From: Acidothermus cellulolyticus 11B
GTDB lineage: Bacteria; Actinomycetota; Actinomycetes; Acidothermales; Acidothermaceae
Length of the DNA stretch: 32,000 bases
NCBI RefSeq assembly: GCF_000015025.1
Contig: NC_008578.1
Span: 1,740,001-1,772,000, forward strand
Reading direction: 5' to 3'
How positions within the stretch are numbered: position 1 is the stretch's first letter; every line of letters starts with the position of its first letter. Of the stretch, positions 15,413 through 27,667 are shown piece by piece. Under the pieces are notes generated by a model. That model was not told the origin of the DNA. It did no database searches and saw only the letters and a list, made by a program, of their open reading frames with translations. The translations under genes and the position numbers were made by a program.

Positions 15413-16570
15413 TCAGCGGCTGCCCCGTCGGTGTACCCGAGGATGCGCGCATCGGCGCCGCAGCCGCAGGACGCCGACCGGTGTGACCGCGAGGACGCCG
15501 ATGGCCAGGGGCAGTGCCGACGGCATCGGCCGAACCTCACCAGCCGCCACCGCAGCCGCATTCGGAATCGCGTGATAGCCCGGCGGAATCGAGAGCAGCC
15601 GCCAATGGCTCGGGGGCCAGACGACGACAAACGCCCTGCCAATGATCTTGCTCTCTGGGATGGTTCCGCCGCCGGGATCGCCGCGATGCGCTCGGGAATC
15701 GGCGGAATTGTCCCGGTGATCACCTTCCACCCAGACCCGCCCGGGTGGTACGACGATGTCGAACCGGCTGCCCGGCCCGCTCAAATTCACCTGCGTCGTC
15801 GCGGGCTGCGCCGGCTCGCCCGACGACAAGTAGTTCTCCTGCAGCGGAACACCGTTCACCAGCAGGTGCCCGACCGCATCGCAACACTGGATGTGGTCAC
15901 CCGGCACACCGATCACCCGTTTGATGAAATCCCGTTCCCCGGGGGGCGCAAAGCCGAGAAAACCGCCGATGTCGCGAATAACACGCGCCACCGGATTGCT
16001 CGGAGTCGCTGTGGAAACCTCCGGCGTCCAGGAATCCTCGCCGTTGAAGACGATGATTTGCCCACGCTGCACGTGACCGACCTTGTACGAAAGGAGGTTC
16101 ACGATGACGCGATCGCCGACGTGCAGGGTGTTCTCCATCGACCCGGACGGAATGTAAAAGGCCTGAAAGAAAAATGTGTGAACGACCACCGCAATGACAA
16201 GGGCGACCACGAACAGCAGCCCGGTCTCCGCCCACCACGGCAGCCGGTTCTTCTTCGCCGCCCGTCGGCGACGTCGGTCCGACGCCGGCCGTTGACTGAA
16301 CCCTGTCAGCCGCCCGCCACCGGATGCCGGCGGTTGACTGCTCGACACCGCTCGTGCTCCACCGGCCGCCGTCCGATCGGCATCGACACCGGAGTGTCGG
16401 TCACCGACAACAGCTCCCCCGCCATCGGGAAGCCCGCCATCGGGAAGGGATTGCGCGGTGCCGTGAATGGATCCCGTGTCGCTGGGGAAGGAACGTGCGC
16501 TGTCGGGAGCGGACGGCGACGCCGGCCAGGGCGGCGGGGGGACGTCCCGTCCTGGCATCTCCTCGACCAC
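15413..16570 (-). CDS. lepB: Signal peptidase I
   Basis: The catalytic Ser box is IPSGSMENTL. Other conserved boxes are GDRVIVN, RGQIIVF, FIKRVIGVPGD and GDHRDNSADSR. A TM anchor LLFVVALVIAVVVH follows a long Pro/Gly/Ser-rich N-terminus. The start is GTG 16570 (ATG 16558 is an alternative). Confidence 0.9.
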   Translation of the reverse strand: MVEEMPGRDVPPPPWPASPSAPDSARSFPSDTGSIHGTAQSLPDGGLPDGGGAVVGDRHSGVDADRTAAGGARAVSSSQPPASGGGRLTGFSQRPASDRRRRRAAKKNRLPWWAETGLLFVVALVIAVVVHTFFFQAFYIPSGSMENTLHVGDRVIVNLLSYKVGHVQRGQIIVFNGEDSWTPEVSTATPSNPVARVIRDIGGFLGFAPPGERDFIKRVIGVPGDHIQCCDAVGHLLVNGVPLQENYLSSGEPAQPATTQVNLSGPGSRFDIVVPPGRVWVEGDHRDNSADSRAHRGDPGGGTIPESKIIGRAFVVVWPPSHWRLLSIPPGYHAIPNAAAVAAGEVRPMPSALPLAIGVLAVTPVGVLRLRRRCAHPRVHRRGSR

Positions 16571-16593
16571 GCGAACCTACCCGACCACCCTCG

Positions 16594-16959
16594 TCAGGCT
16601 TCGGTGGTCTCGCGGTTCTCCCGCTTCTCGCGAATCTTGGCTGCCTTGCCCCGCAGGTCGCGCAGATAGTACAGCTTGGCCCGCCGGACATGACCACGGG
16701 TGACGACTTCGATCTTCTCGATCACCGGGGTGTGCACCGGAAACGTGCGCTCGACCCCGACACCGAAACTCACCTTCCGCACGGTGAAGGTCTCCCGCAC
16801 CCCGCTGCCTTGGCGGCGGATCACCACACCCTGGAAGACCTGCACCCGCGACCGGTTGCCTTCCACCACACGGACGTGCACCTTCAGCGTGTCGCCCGGC
16901 CGAAAATCGGGGATGTCGGTGCGCAACGACGAAGCGTCGACGGTATCGAGCGTGTGCAT
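16594..16959 (-). CDS. rplS: 50S ribosomal protein L19
   Basis: The sequence is [87 protein letters not shown] use ATG 16959. The 14 extra codons of the ORF-track start at 17001 are not L19-like. Confidence 0.93.
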   Translation of the reverse strand: MHTLDTVDASSLRTDIPDFRPGDTLKVHVRVVEGNRSRVQVFQGVVIRRQGSGVRETFTVRKVSFGVGVERTFPVHTPVIEKIEVVTRGHVRRAKLYYLRDLRGKAAKIREKRENRETTEA

Positions 16960-17013
16960 CTCGTCCTGCCTGATCTCGGGCTGCCGTAGCGCCGGAAACA
17001 AACGATGGCCGCT

Positions 17014-17874
17014 CTAGTGTGCCACAGCGGCATCCGATGGCGATGTCCCGGGCGGCCCTTCCGCCTGTGAACCCGCGGCGCCGGCCGGTGGCGGCGTCTC
17101 GGCACTCCGTCCGGCATGCAGTCGCGCCTCGGCCGCCAACGCCTCCTCGTGCGGCGTCAGACTCCCCGGTGGCAGTGCGTCGAGCAACTCGGGTCGCCGG
17201 ACCGCTGTCCGGCGGATCGCTTGCTCGCGTCGCCACCGCGCAATCGCGGCATGGTTCCCGGACAGGAGCACCTCCGGAACCTCGAGTCCGCGCCACACCG
17301 CCGGTTTGGTGTACGCCGGACCCTCGAGGAGCCCCTGCGCGTGGGAGTCGTCGAGCACGGACGCCTGGTTGCCGACGACGCCGGGGAGAAGCCGGGCGAC
17401 CGCCTCAACGATGACGAGGGTGGCGGCTTCGCCGCCGGCGAGCACGTAATCGCCGATGGACACTTCCTCGACGCGCATGTGCCGACGTGCATCGAGGAGC
17501 ACCCGCTCGTCGATCCCCTCGTACCGGCCGCAGGCGAATGCCAGCCACGGCTCAGCCGCGTACCGCTCCGCAGCCCGTTGCGTGAGCAATTCGCCCGCCG
17601 GGGTCGGGACGATCAGGAGCGGCGCGTCAACACCAAGCCGGGCCGCCTCGGCGCGAACGGCGTCCAGCGTCTCGCCCCACGGTTCAGGCCGCATCACCAT
17701 CCCCGGGCCGCCGCCGTACGGGGTGTCATCGACCGTGCGATGCGGGTCATGGGTGAAGTCACGCAAGTCCCACAGGTGGACGTCGAGGACGCCGCGGGCG
17801 CGGGCCTTGCCGATCAGGGAGAGCTCAAGCGGCCGGAAGTACTCCGGAAAGATCGAGACGATGTCGACGTGCAT
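17014..17874 (-). CDS. trmD: tRNA (guanine37-N1)-methyltransferase
   Basis: [61 protein letters not shown] is the TrmD N-terminus. ATG 17874 lies 5 nt after the rimM stop. The 119-codon extension in the ORF track (to 18231) is Arg/Gly/Pro junk that overlaps rimM. Confidence 0.9.
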   Translation of the reverse strand: MHVDIVSIFPEYFRPLELSLIGKARARGVLDVHLWDLRDFTHDPHRTVDDTPYGGGPGMVMRPEPWGETLDAVRAEAARLGVDAPLLIVPTPAGELLTQRAAERYAAEPWLAFACGRYEGIDERVLLDARRHMRVEEVSIGDYVLAGGEAATLVIVEAVARLLPGVVGNQASVLDDSHAQGLLEGPAYTKPAVWRGLEVPEVLLSGNHAAIARWRREQAIRRTAVRRPELLDALPPGSLTPHEEALAAEARLHAGRSAETPPPAGAAGSQAEGPPGTSPSDAAVAH

Positions 17875-17879
17875 TGCCG

Positions 17880-18410
17880 TCACAACTCGAGGAGGCCGGG
17901 CGGCGGGTCGATCCGCAACCGGCGTTGGTCGACGTCCACCTCGGGAACCAGCGCGGCGACAAATGGCACGAACGCGTCGCCGTCCGCCGATCGCTCGATC
18001 GCCAGGACGTCTTGTCCCGGCAGGTGCAGGACCTCGCGGACGACCCCAATCTCTTGGCCGGTCACCGTTTCGACCCGCATGCCGATGAGCTGGTAGTCGT
18101 AGTACTCCTCCGGATCCTCCGGTCGCACCCGCTCGTCGACCTCGGCAAAGAGGACCCGGCCGCGCAAGTCCTCGGCCGTCGTCCGGTCGTCGATCCCGGC
18201 GAATCGGACGAGCAGCCGGCCGGAGTGCCACCGGGTTCGCTGGACGGTCAGCGTCACACCGGTGTCGGTCGTCAGGACCGCCCCGGCGGCAAACCGGCGG
18301 TCGGGATCGTCGGTACGCACCTGGACCCCCACCTCACCGTGGACGCCGTGCGCGCGAGTGATCCTTCCGACGGCGACCCGCACGGTGGTCTCCTCCGGCG
18401 AATCCGTCAC
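17880..18410 (-). CDS. rimM: 16S rRNA processing protein RimM
   Basis: The sequence [29 protein letters not shown]...[31 protein letters not shown] is followed by a PRC-barrel C-terminus. The GTG start forms a GTGA overlap at 18407..18410. Confidence 0.9.
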   Translation of the reverse strand: MTDSPEETTVRVAVGRITRAHGVHGEVGVQVRTDDPDRRFAAGAVLTTDTGVTLTVQRTRWHSGRLLVRFAGIDDRTTAEDLRGRVLFAEVDERVRPEDPEEYYDYQLIGMRVETVTGQEIGVVREVLHLPGQDVLAIERSADGDAFVPFVAALVPEVDVDQRRLRIDPPPGLLEL

Positions 18411-18697
18411 TCGTCCCCGGCGTCCACGACCTCAACCCGCGCGCCGGGACCACCCAACGCCGCCATCACGGTCCGCAGCGCACGGGCGGTCCGGCCGGCC
18501 CGGCCGATCACCTTGCCGAGGTCGTCTGGGTGCACGTGCACCTCGAGTGTCGGGCCGCGACGGCCAGGCCGTCCGTGGACGTCGACGGCATCCGGATGAG
18601 CGACGATCCCGCGGACAAGGTGGGCCAACGCCTGCTCGAGAACCTCCGGCGCGACGGGCGACGCGGCGCGCGGCTGGCTACGCGGACGGGGTGGCAT
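18407..18697 (-). CDS. KH-domain RNA-binding protein (YlqC / Rv2908c-like)
   Basis: The conserved core is [22 protein letters not shown]......[31 protein letters not shown]. The start is uncertain. ATG 18697 overlaps the rpsP end by 20 nt. The ORF-track start at 18862 lies deep inside rpsP and is rejected. Confidence 0.72.
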   Translation of the reverse strand: MPPRPRSQPRAASPVAPEVLEQALAHLVRGIVAHPDAVDVHGRPGRRGPTLEVHVHPDDLGKVIGRAGRTARALRTVMAALGGPGARVEVVDAGDE

Positions 18698-19202
18698 CGG
18701 TGGTGGCGTCCTGCGACTCGGCGGCCGTCGAGGCGCCGCCCGCCGGTTCGTCGGCGGAGGCTGCCGCGTCAGGCGCAGCCTCAGCGGCCGGGGTGGTCTC
18801 CGCACCCTTGTCGTGCTTGCCCGACCGCTTCCGCGACGTCGTCGCCTCAGCCCGCGGCTCACCCGCCGCCTCCTTAGCCGCAGCTTCGAAAAGCGCCTTC
18901 TTGTCCGGTTTCGGCGGCGCAGTCTTCATCGGCGGCGGAGCTGGTTCGCCGGTGAACCGCTGCCAATCGCCAGTCACCTTCAGCAACGCCTTGACCGGCT
19001 CAGTCGGCTGGGCGCCGACCGAGAGCCAGTACGCCACCCGCTCACTGTTCACCCGGATCAGGGAGGGTTCCTGCTTCGGGTCGTACTGGCCGATCTCTTC
19101 GATAGCGCGGCCGTCCCGTTTGGTCCGGGCGTCAGCCACGACGATGCGGTAGTAGGGTGCGCGGATTTTGCCCATCCGGGTCAGTCTGATCTTTACTGCC
19201 AC
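18678..19202 (-). CDS. rpsP: 30S ribosomal protein S16 with Ala/Pro/Lys-rich C-terminal extension
   Basis: GTG 19202 gives (M)[45 protein letters not shown], the canonical S16 N-terminus. The TTG at 19220 adds 6 residues that are not conserved. Confidence 0.9.
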   Translation of the reverse strand: MAVKIRLTRMGKIRAPYYRIVVADARTKRDGRAIEEIGQYDPKQEPSLIRVNSERVAYWLSVGAQPTEPVKALLKVTGDWQRFTGEPAPPPMKTAPPKPDKKALFEAAAKEAAGEPRAEATTSRKRSGKHDKGAETTPAAEAAPDAAASADEPAGGASTAAESQDATTDATPSA

Positions 19203-19325
19203 GGCTCTCGCCTGCTCCAAATCTCTTCGTCGGGACGAATGCCTCGTGGGGGAAGGCGGGGACGACGACCCGGGCGAGGAGAGGGCTCGCGCGGATCCGG
19301 CGCCTCATTCTGCCAGACGCGGGCG

Positions 19326-20414
19326 TCAGCGGATGAGGGTGCCACGGACGACGATCCGCCGCGGGTATCGCAGGACGCCCAGGTCCCGGCGTGGATCGTC
19401 CTCGTACACGACCAGGTCGGCCGGGCCGCCCTCAACGACGCCGGGCAGACCCAGCCACTCGCGGGCAGCCCACGAACCCGCCGCCAGGACCTCCTGGGTG
19501 GTGAGCCCGATCTCGCGAAGGGCGAGCATCTCGTCAACAACGAGACCGTGCGGGAGCACGCCCCCAGCGTCGGTGCCGACGTACAGCGGGATTCCGGCGT
19601 CCCGGGCGGCCCGGAGCCGCTCGGCGGCCGACCGTTTCAGCGCGCGCATCCGTGCGGCGTACACCGGGTACTTCGTTGCCCGGTCAGCGATCGCATCGAA
19701 GGTGGCGATGTTGACGAGGGTGGGGACGACGGCGATCGGACGGCGTGCCACCTCGTCGATCACCTCAGCGGTCAGGCCGGTGCCGTGTTCGATGGAGTCG
19801 ACGCCGGCGGCAACGACGTCCGGGAGAACCTCCTCCCCGAACGCGTGCACCGCAACCCGCGCGCCCAACTCATGCGCCCGGCGCACCGCAGCGGCCAACA
19901 CGTCCGCGGGCCAACACGGCGCCAAATCGCCGACACTGCGGTCGATCCAATCGACGACGATCTTCACCCAGCCGGGCCCGTGGCCGCCCCCGCGCTGCGC
20001 TTGGGCTTCGACGGTGGCGACGAGCTGCTCCGGCTCCACCTCGACGGCGTACCCCTTGAGATAGCGGCGGGTTCGGGCGATGTGCCGGCCGGCATGGATG
20101 ATCCGCGGCAGGGTGGGATCGTCGTCCAGTTCGGCGTACCGGACCGGCGAGCCGGCGTCCCGGAGGAGAAGAGCCCCTCGGTCTCGATCCGCAACCGCCT
20201 GGGCCCGGCTGGTCGCCAGGTCAACCGGCCCGTTGGCGTCCAGCCCGACATGGCAGTGCGCGTCGACCAAGCCCGGGAGGGCGTAACCGCCGTCAGCGAT
20301 GGTGGTGACGTCGAGATGGGAGGGCCGGGTGAAGGTGAATCGGCCGTCGACGACATAGAGGTCACGCACGTCACCACCGGGCAGGACGGTCACCCGCAGG
20401 TGATATGCGGTCAA
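19326..20414 (-). CDS. Amidohydrolase-superfamily metal-dependent hydrolase
   Basis: The HxH metal motif lies in GLVDAHCHVG. Later ligands lie in VAVHAFG and SIEHG, and the Asp in YVGTDAG. Amidohydrolases sit next to ffh in mycobacteria too. The start is TTG 20414 (TTGA overlap with ffh) or GTG 20393. Confidence 0.82.
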   Translation of the reverse strand: MTAYHLRVTVLPGGDVRDLYVVDGRFTFTRPSHLDVTTIADGGYALPGLVDAHCHVGLDANGPVDLATSRAQAVADRDRGALLLRDAGSPVRYAELDDDPTLPRIIHAGRHIARTRRYLKGYAVEVEPEQLVATVEAQAQRGGGHGPGWVKIVVDWIDRSVGDLAPCWPADVLAAAVRRAHELGARVAVHAFGEEVLPDVVAAGVDSIEHGTGLTAEVIDEVARRPIAVVPTLVNIATFDAIADRATKYPVYAARMRALKRSAAERLRAARDAGIPLYVGTDAGGVLPHGLVVDEMLALREIGLTTQEVLAAGSWAAREWLGLPGVVEGGPADLVVYEDDPRRDLGVLRYPRRIVVRGTLIR

Positions 20415-22066
20415 TCGGCGTCCTCCGAATCGCGCCGGATCGGCGGCTTGCGGGTCGACGCTTCCGGCGACGCCGCCCCGTCGGAAGGTCCTGAACCGCC
20501 AGGAAGGGTGAGGCCGGGAAGGCCCGAGCCGCCGGGAAGACCGAAACCACCCGGGATTCCGGGGCGGCCGGGAAATCCAAGACCGCCGGGAAATCCAAGA
20601 CCGCCGAGACCGCCGGGCACGCCGCCTGGCAAACCGCCGAGGCCGCTGGGCAGGCCCTGCGCCGTGCCCGGCCTGGCTGCGACCGGACGGCCGCCCTTTT
20701 TCTTGCCGCCCTTCTTGTTCTTTGAGGATTTCGTCGCCTTCGTCGTCCGGCGCATGCCGGGAATACCCATGCCGGCGAATTGCTTCATCATTTTTCGGGC
20801 CTCGAAGAAACGCTCCACGAGGCTGTTGACCTCGGCCACGGTCGTTCCGGAACCGCGTGCGATTCGAGCCCGCCGTGAACCGTTGAGAATTTTCGGATCC
20901 GCGCGCTCCTCAGGAGTCATCGACCGGATAATCGCGGTGACCCGGTCGAGATCCCGGTCGTCAATGTGGGCGATCGCGTCTTTGAATTGACCCATTCCGG
21001 GAAGCATGCCGAGGATATTGGCGATCGGCCCCATTTTCCGCACGGCGGTCATCTGCTCGAGAAAATCGTCGAGGGTCAGCTCGCCGGCGGTGATTCTCTG
21101 CGCCGCCCGTTCGGCTTGTTCGGCATCGAAGGCGGCCTGCGCCTGCTCGATAAGAGTGAGGACGTCGCCCATGCCGAGGATGCGGGAAGCCATCCGCTCC
21201 GGATGAAAGACGTCGAAATCGTCGAGCTTTTCACCCGTGCTGGCGAAAAGGATTTGTTTTCCGGTCACGGACGCCACGGAGAGCGCCGCACCGCCGCGGG
21301 CGTCGCCGTCCAGTTTGGTGAGGATGACGCCGTCGAAACCGACGCCGTCGAGGAACGCCCGGGCGGTGGTGACGGCGTCCTGACCCACCATCGCATCGAC
21401 GACAAAGAGAATTTCGTCCGGCTCGGTCGCGTCGCGGATCTCCATTGCTTGGCGCATCATGTCCTCGTCGACACCGAGCCGGCCGGCGGTGTCAATGACG
21501 ACAATGTCGTGCAGGCGGCGGCGGGCGAATTCCACGCCGCGGCGGGCGACGTCCACCGGATCGCCGACCCCGCTGCCGGGTTCCGGTGCGAACACCGGCA
21601 CCTCGGCACGGGCGCCGAGCACCTGCAGCTGCTCGACGGCATTCGGTCGCTGCAGGTCGGCGGCGACAAGAACCGGTGTGTGACCCTGCTTGGCAAGCCA
21701 GCGCCCGAGCTTGGCGGCAACGGTGGTTTTCCCTGAGCCCTGCAGACCAGCCAGCAGGATCACGCTCGGCGGGTTCTTCGCGAACCGCAGGCGCCGGGCC
21801 TGACCGCCGAGAATCCGGATCAGCTCTTCGTTGACGATGGAAATGACCTGCTGCGCGGGGTTGAGCGCCCGGGAAAGCTCGGCGCTCCGGGCCCGTTCCC
21901 GCACCCCGGACAGGAAATCCCGGACGACCGGCAGGGCGACGTCGGCCTCCAACAGCGCGAGGCGGATCTCACGCAACGTGGCGTCGATATCGGCCTCAGA
22001 AAGGCGGCCTTTGCCACGAAGGGTCTTGAAGACGGCTTCCAGTCTGTCGGCCAGTGCCTCGAACAC
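20411..22066 (-). CDS. ffh: Signal recognition particle protein Ffh with Gly/Pro-rich C-terminal tail
   Basis: The N domain begins MFEALADRLEAVFKTLRGKGRLSE. The G domain shows GLQGSGKTTVAAKL, DTAGR and TKLDGDARGGAALS, followed by a Met-rich M domain. Confidence 0.95.
   Translation of the reverse strand: MFEALADRLEAVFKTLRGKGRLSEADIDATLREIRLALLEADVALPVVRDFLSGVRERARSAELSRALNPAQQVISIVNEELIRILGGQARRLRFAKNPPSVILLAGLQGSGKTTVAAKLGRWLAKQGHTPVLVAADLQRPNAVEQLQVLGARAEVPVFAPEPGSGVGDPVDVARRGVEFARRRLHDIVVIDTAGRLGVDEDMMRQAMEIRDATEPDEILFVVDAMVGQDAVTTARAFLDGVGFDGVILTKLDGDARGGAALSVASVTGKQILFASTGEKLDDFDVFHPERMASRILGMGDVLTLIEQAQAAFDAEQAERAAQRITAGELTLDDFLEQMTAVRKMGPIANILGMLPGMGQFKDAIAHIDDRDLDRVTAIIRSMTPEERADPKILNGSRRARIARGSGTTVAEVNSLVERFFEARKMMKQFAGMGIPGMRRTTKATKSSKNKKGGKKKGGRPVAARPGTAQGLPSGLGGLPGGVPGGLGGLGFPGGLGFPGRPGIPGGFGLPGGSGLPGLTLPGGSGPSDGAASPEASTRKPPIRRDSEDAD
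20568..20603. repeat. Perfect 18-nt tandem duplication inside the ffh tail
   Basis: ccgggaaatccaagaccg occurs at 20568..20585 and again at 20586..20603. On the minus strand this encodes the duplicated GLGFPG. Confidence 0.9.
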
Positions 22067-22075
22067 GGGTCGAGC

Positions 22076-26021
<3,946 letters not shown>

Positions 26022-26137
26022 CGTTCTCCCGTCGTGTCGGTTGTGGCTGTGGCGGATAGGCTCGGCGCGGCGGTGATCCGGGGACGCCGGGCACCGGCCG
26101 CGCGATGGAATCGTCAGCACAACCGTGTCGGAGGCTC

Positions 26138-26175
26138 GTTACCGGCGGCAGCCGTGCGTGTTTCGAACAGGTCAA
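26138..26175 (-). promoter_or_regulatory. Candidate GlnR box upstream of amtB
   Basis: The minus strand reads TTGAC-ctgttc-GAAAC-acgcac-GGCTG-ccgccg-GTAAC. The published Streptomyces consensus is gTnAc-n6-GaAAc-n6-GtnAC-n6-GAAAc. Sites a1 and b1 match well, b2 matches 4 of 5, and a2 is poor. The site lies 117-154 nt upstream of the amtB ATG. Confidence 0.35.
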
Positions 26176-26191
26176 AGGATCCGGCGCGGCG

Positions 26192-27433
26192 TTACGGGGA
26201 GGTAAACGCCTCCGGGACACCGAGCAAGGCGTCCACGAAGGCCGCCGGATCGAACGGCGCAAGGTCGTCCGGGCCTTCGCCGAGACCGACAAGCTTGACC
26301 GGGATGCCTAACTCACGCTGCACGGAAATGACGATGCCGCCCTTGGCGGTGCCGTCCAGTTTTGTCAGCACAACACCGGTGACGGCGACGACGTCGGTGA
26401 AGACACGCGCTTGCGTGAGACCGTTCTGGCCGGTGGTGGCGTCGAGAACGAGGAGAACTTCACTGACCGGACACCGCCGTTCCACGACGCGCTTGACCTT
26501 GCCGAGCTCATCCATGAGACCCGTCTTGGTGTGCAGCCGCCCGGCGGTGTCAATGACGACGACGTCCGCCTCCTGCTCGATCGCCACCCGGACGGCGTCG
26601 AAAGCGACCGATGCCGGGTCGGCCCGTTCCGCACCCCGCACGACGGGGACCCCTACCCGCCGTCCCCAGGTCTCGAGTTGATCCGCGGCGGCGGCCCGGA
26701 AGGTGTCGGCAGCCCCGAGAACGACGCTCCGTCCGTCGGCGACGAGGAGCCGCGCGAGCTTGCCGACGGTCGTCGTCTTCCCGGTTCCGTTGACCCCGAC
26801 GACCAAAACGACGGCGGGTCCTGCGGCGGTCCGCGTCGTCGCCAAGGATCGGTCCAGCCCGGCGTCGACGGTATCAAGCAGGCTGCGACGCAGCATGGCG
26901 CGGACGTCGTCCGGTGACCGGACACCCATGACCTTCGCCTCAGTGCGCAACCGCTCGACAAGTTCGGTGGTCGCGGCGACGCCGACATCGGCGGTGAGCA
27001 GCAGGTCTTCGATCTCCTGCCACGTTGCGTCGTCCAGCCGTTCCCGGCTCAGCAAGGCGAAAAGGCCGCGACCGAGCACGGATTCGGAGCGCGCCAGGCG
27101 GGATCGAAGCCGAATCATCCGGCCGGCTGCGACGGCGGGGACGTCCCGCTCGTCGCCCGCCGCGGCAGCGGATTCCGCCACTGCAGCTGCGGATTCCGCC
27201 TCCGGCGCCGCGGCCGGCGCCACGGCCGGCTCGGCCTGCTGGGCCTGCTGGACGGCCGGCGCGGCCTCCTGGGCGACCGGCTCAGCCTGCCGGGTGGCAG
27301 GCGTGGCCGGCGTGGCCGGCGGTGCGCCGGCGCCGGCGCCCCGCGGGCGACGCCCGGCGCGTACGCCGAGGTAAACCGCCCCAGCCGCGAGGAGGACGAC
27401 AATCCCGATCAACGCTGCAATGAGCCACACCAC
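26192..27433 (-). CDS. ftsY: Signal recognition particle receptor FtsY
   Basis: An N-terminal TM segment (VWLIAALIGIVVLLAAGAVYL) is followed by an Ala/Pro/Glu-rich linker. The NG domain shows VVGVNGTGKTTTVGKLA, DTAGRL and TKLDGTAKGG. Confidence 0.95.
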   Translation of the reverse strand: MVWLIAALIGIVVLLAAGAVYLGVRAGRRPRGAGAGAPPATPATPATRQAEPVAQEAAPAVQQAQQAEPAVAPAAAPEAESAAAVAESAAAAGDERDVPAVAAGRMIRLRSRLARSESVLGRGLFALLSRERLDDATWQEIEDLLLTADVGVAATTELVERLRTEAKVMGVRSPDDVRAMLRRSLLDTVDAGLDRSLATTRTAAGPAVVLVVGVNGTGKTTTVGKLARLLVADGRSVVLGAADTFRAAAADQLETWGRRVGVPVVRGAERADPASVAFDAVRVAIEQEADVVVIDTAGRLHTKTGLMDELGKVKRVVERRCPVSEVLLVLDATTGQNGLTQARVFTDVVAVTGVVLTKLDGTAKGGIVISVQRELGIPVKLVGLGEGPDDLAPFDPAAFVDALLGVPEAFTSP

Positions 27434-27507
27434 GGACGAAGTCTCCCATGCCGGACTGTCGGTGCCGTGCCATTGTCCGCCCGGCTATGCCATCCGGCAG
27501 GGCGCGC

Positions 27508-27621
27508 GTTGGGCACCGTGCCGCCCGGTTGAGCCCTTGCGGCAGCTCGCATTCCCTGCCGCCCGGTTGCGGCTGTCCAGCACCTCGCATTCCCTGCCGC
27601 CCGGTTGTCCACAAGCGGCGG
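27508..27621. repeat. Three tandem units of 38 nt sharing the core TGCCGCCCGGTTG; units 2 and 3 share 24 identical nt
   Basis: ctcgcattccctgccgcccggttg occurs at 27546..27569 and at 27584..27607. The 13-nt core also occurs at 27519..27531, so the cores are spaced 38 and 38 nt apart. The array lies in the divergent spacer between ftsY and the toxin-like ORF. Confidence 0.85.
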
Positions 27622-27667
27622 TTGCGTGAACTGCAGCACAACCGTTCTGCCACTACCGTTCCGCGAC

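Noticed and set aside
14969-16669. 566-aa plus-strand ORF covering the 5' end of the cassette ORF and all of lepB
   Set aside because: It is antisense to a clearly conserved signal peptidase I. The product is Arg/Pro/Ala/Gly-rich with no motifs. This is the typical open antisense frame of high-GC DNA.
18813-20990. 725-aa plus-strand ORF
   Set aside because: It is antisense to rpsP, the amidohydrolase and the ffh tail. It has low-complexity Arg/Pro/Gly composition, and all three minus-strand genes carry strong family motifs.
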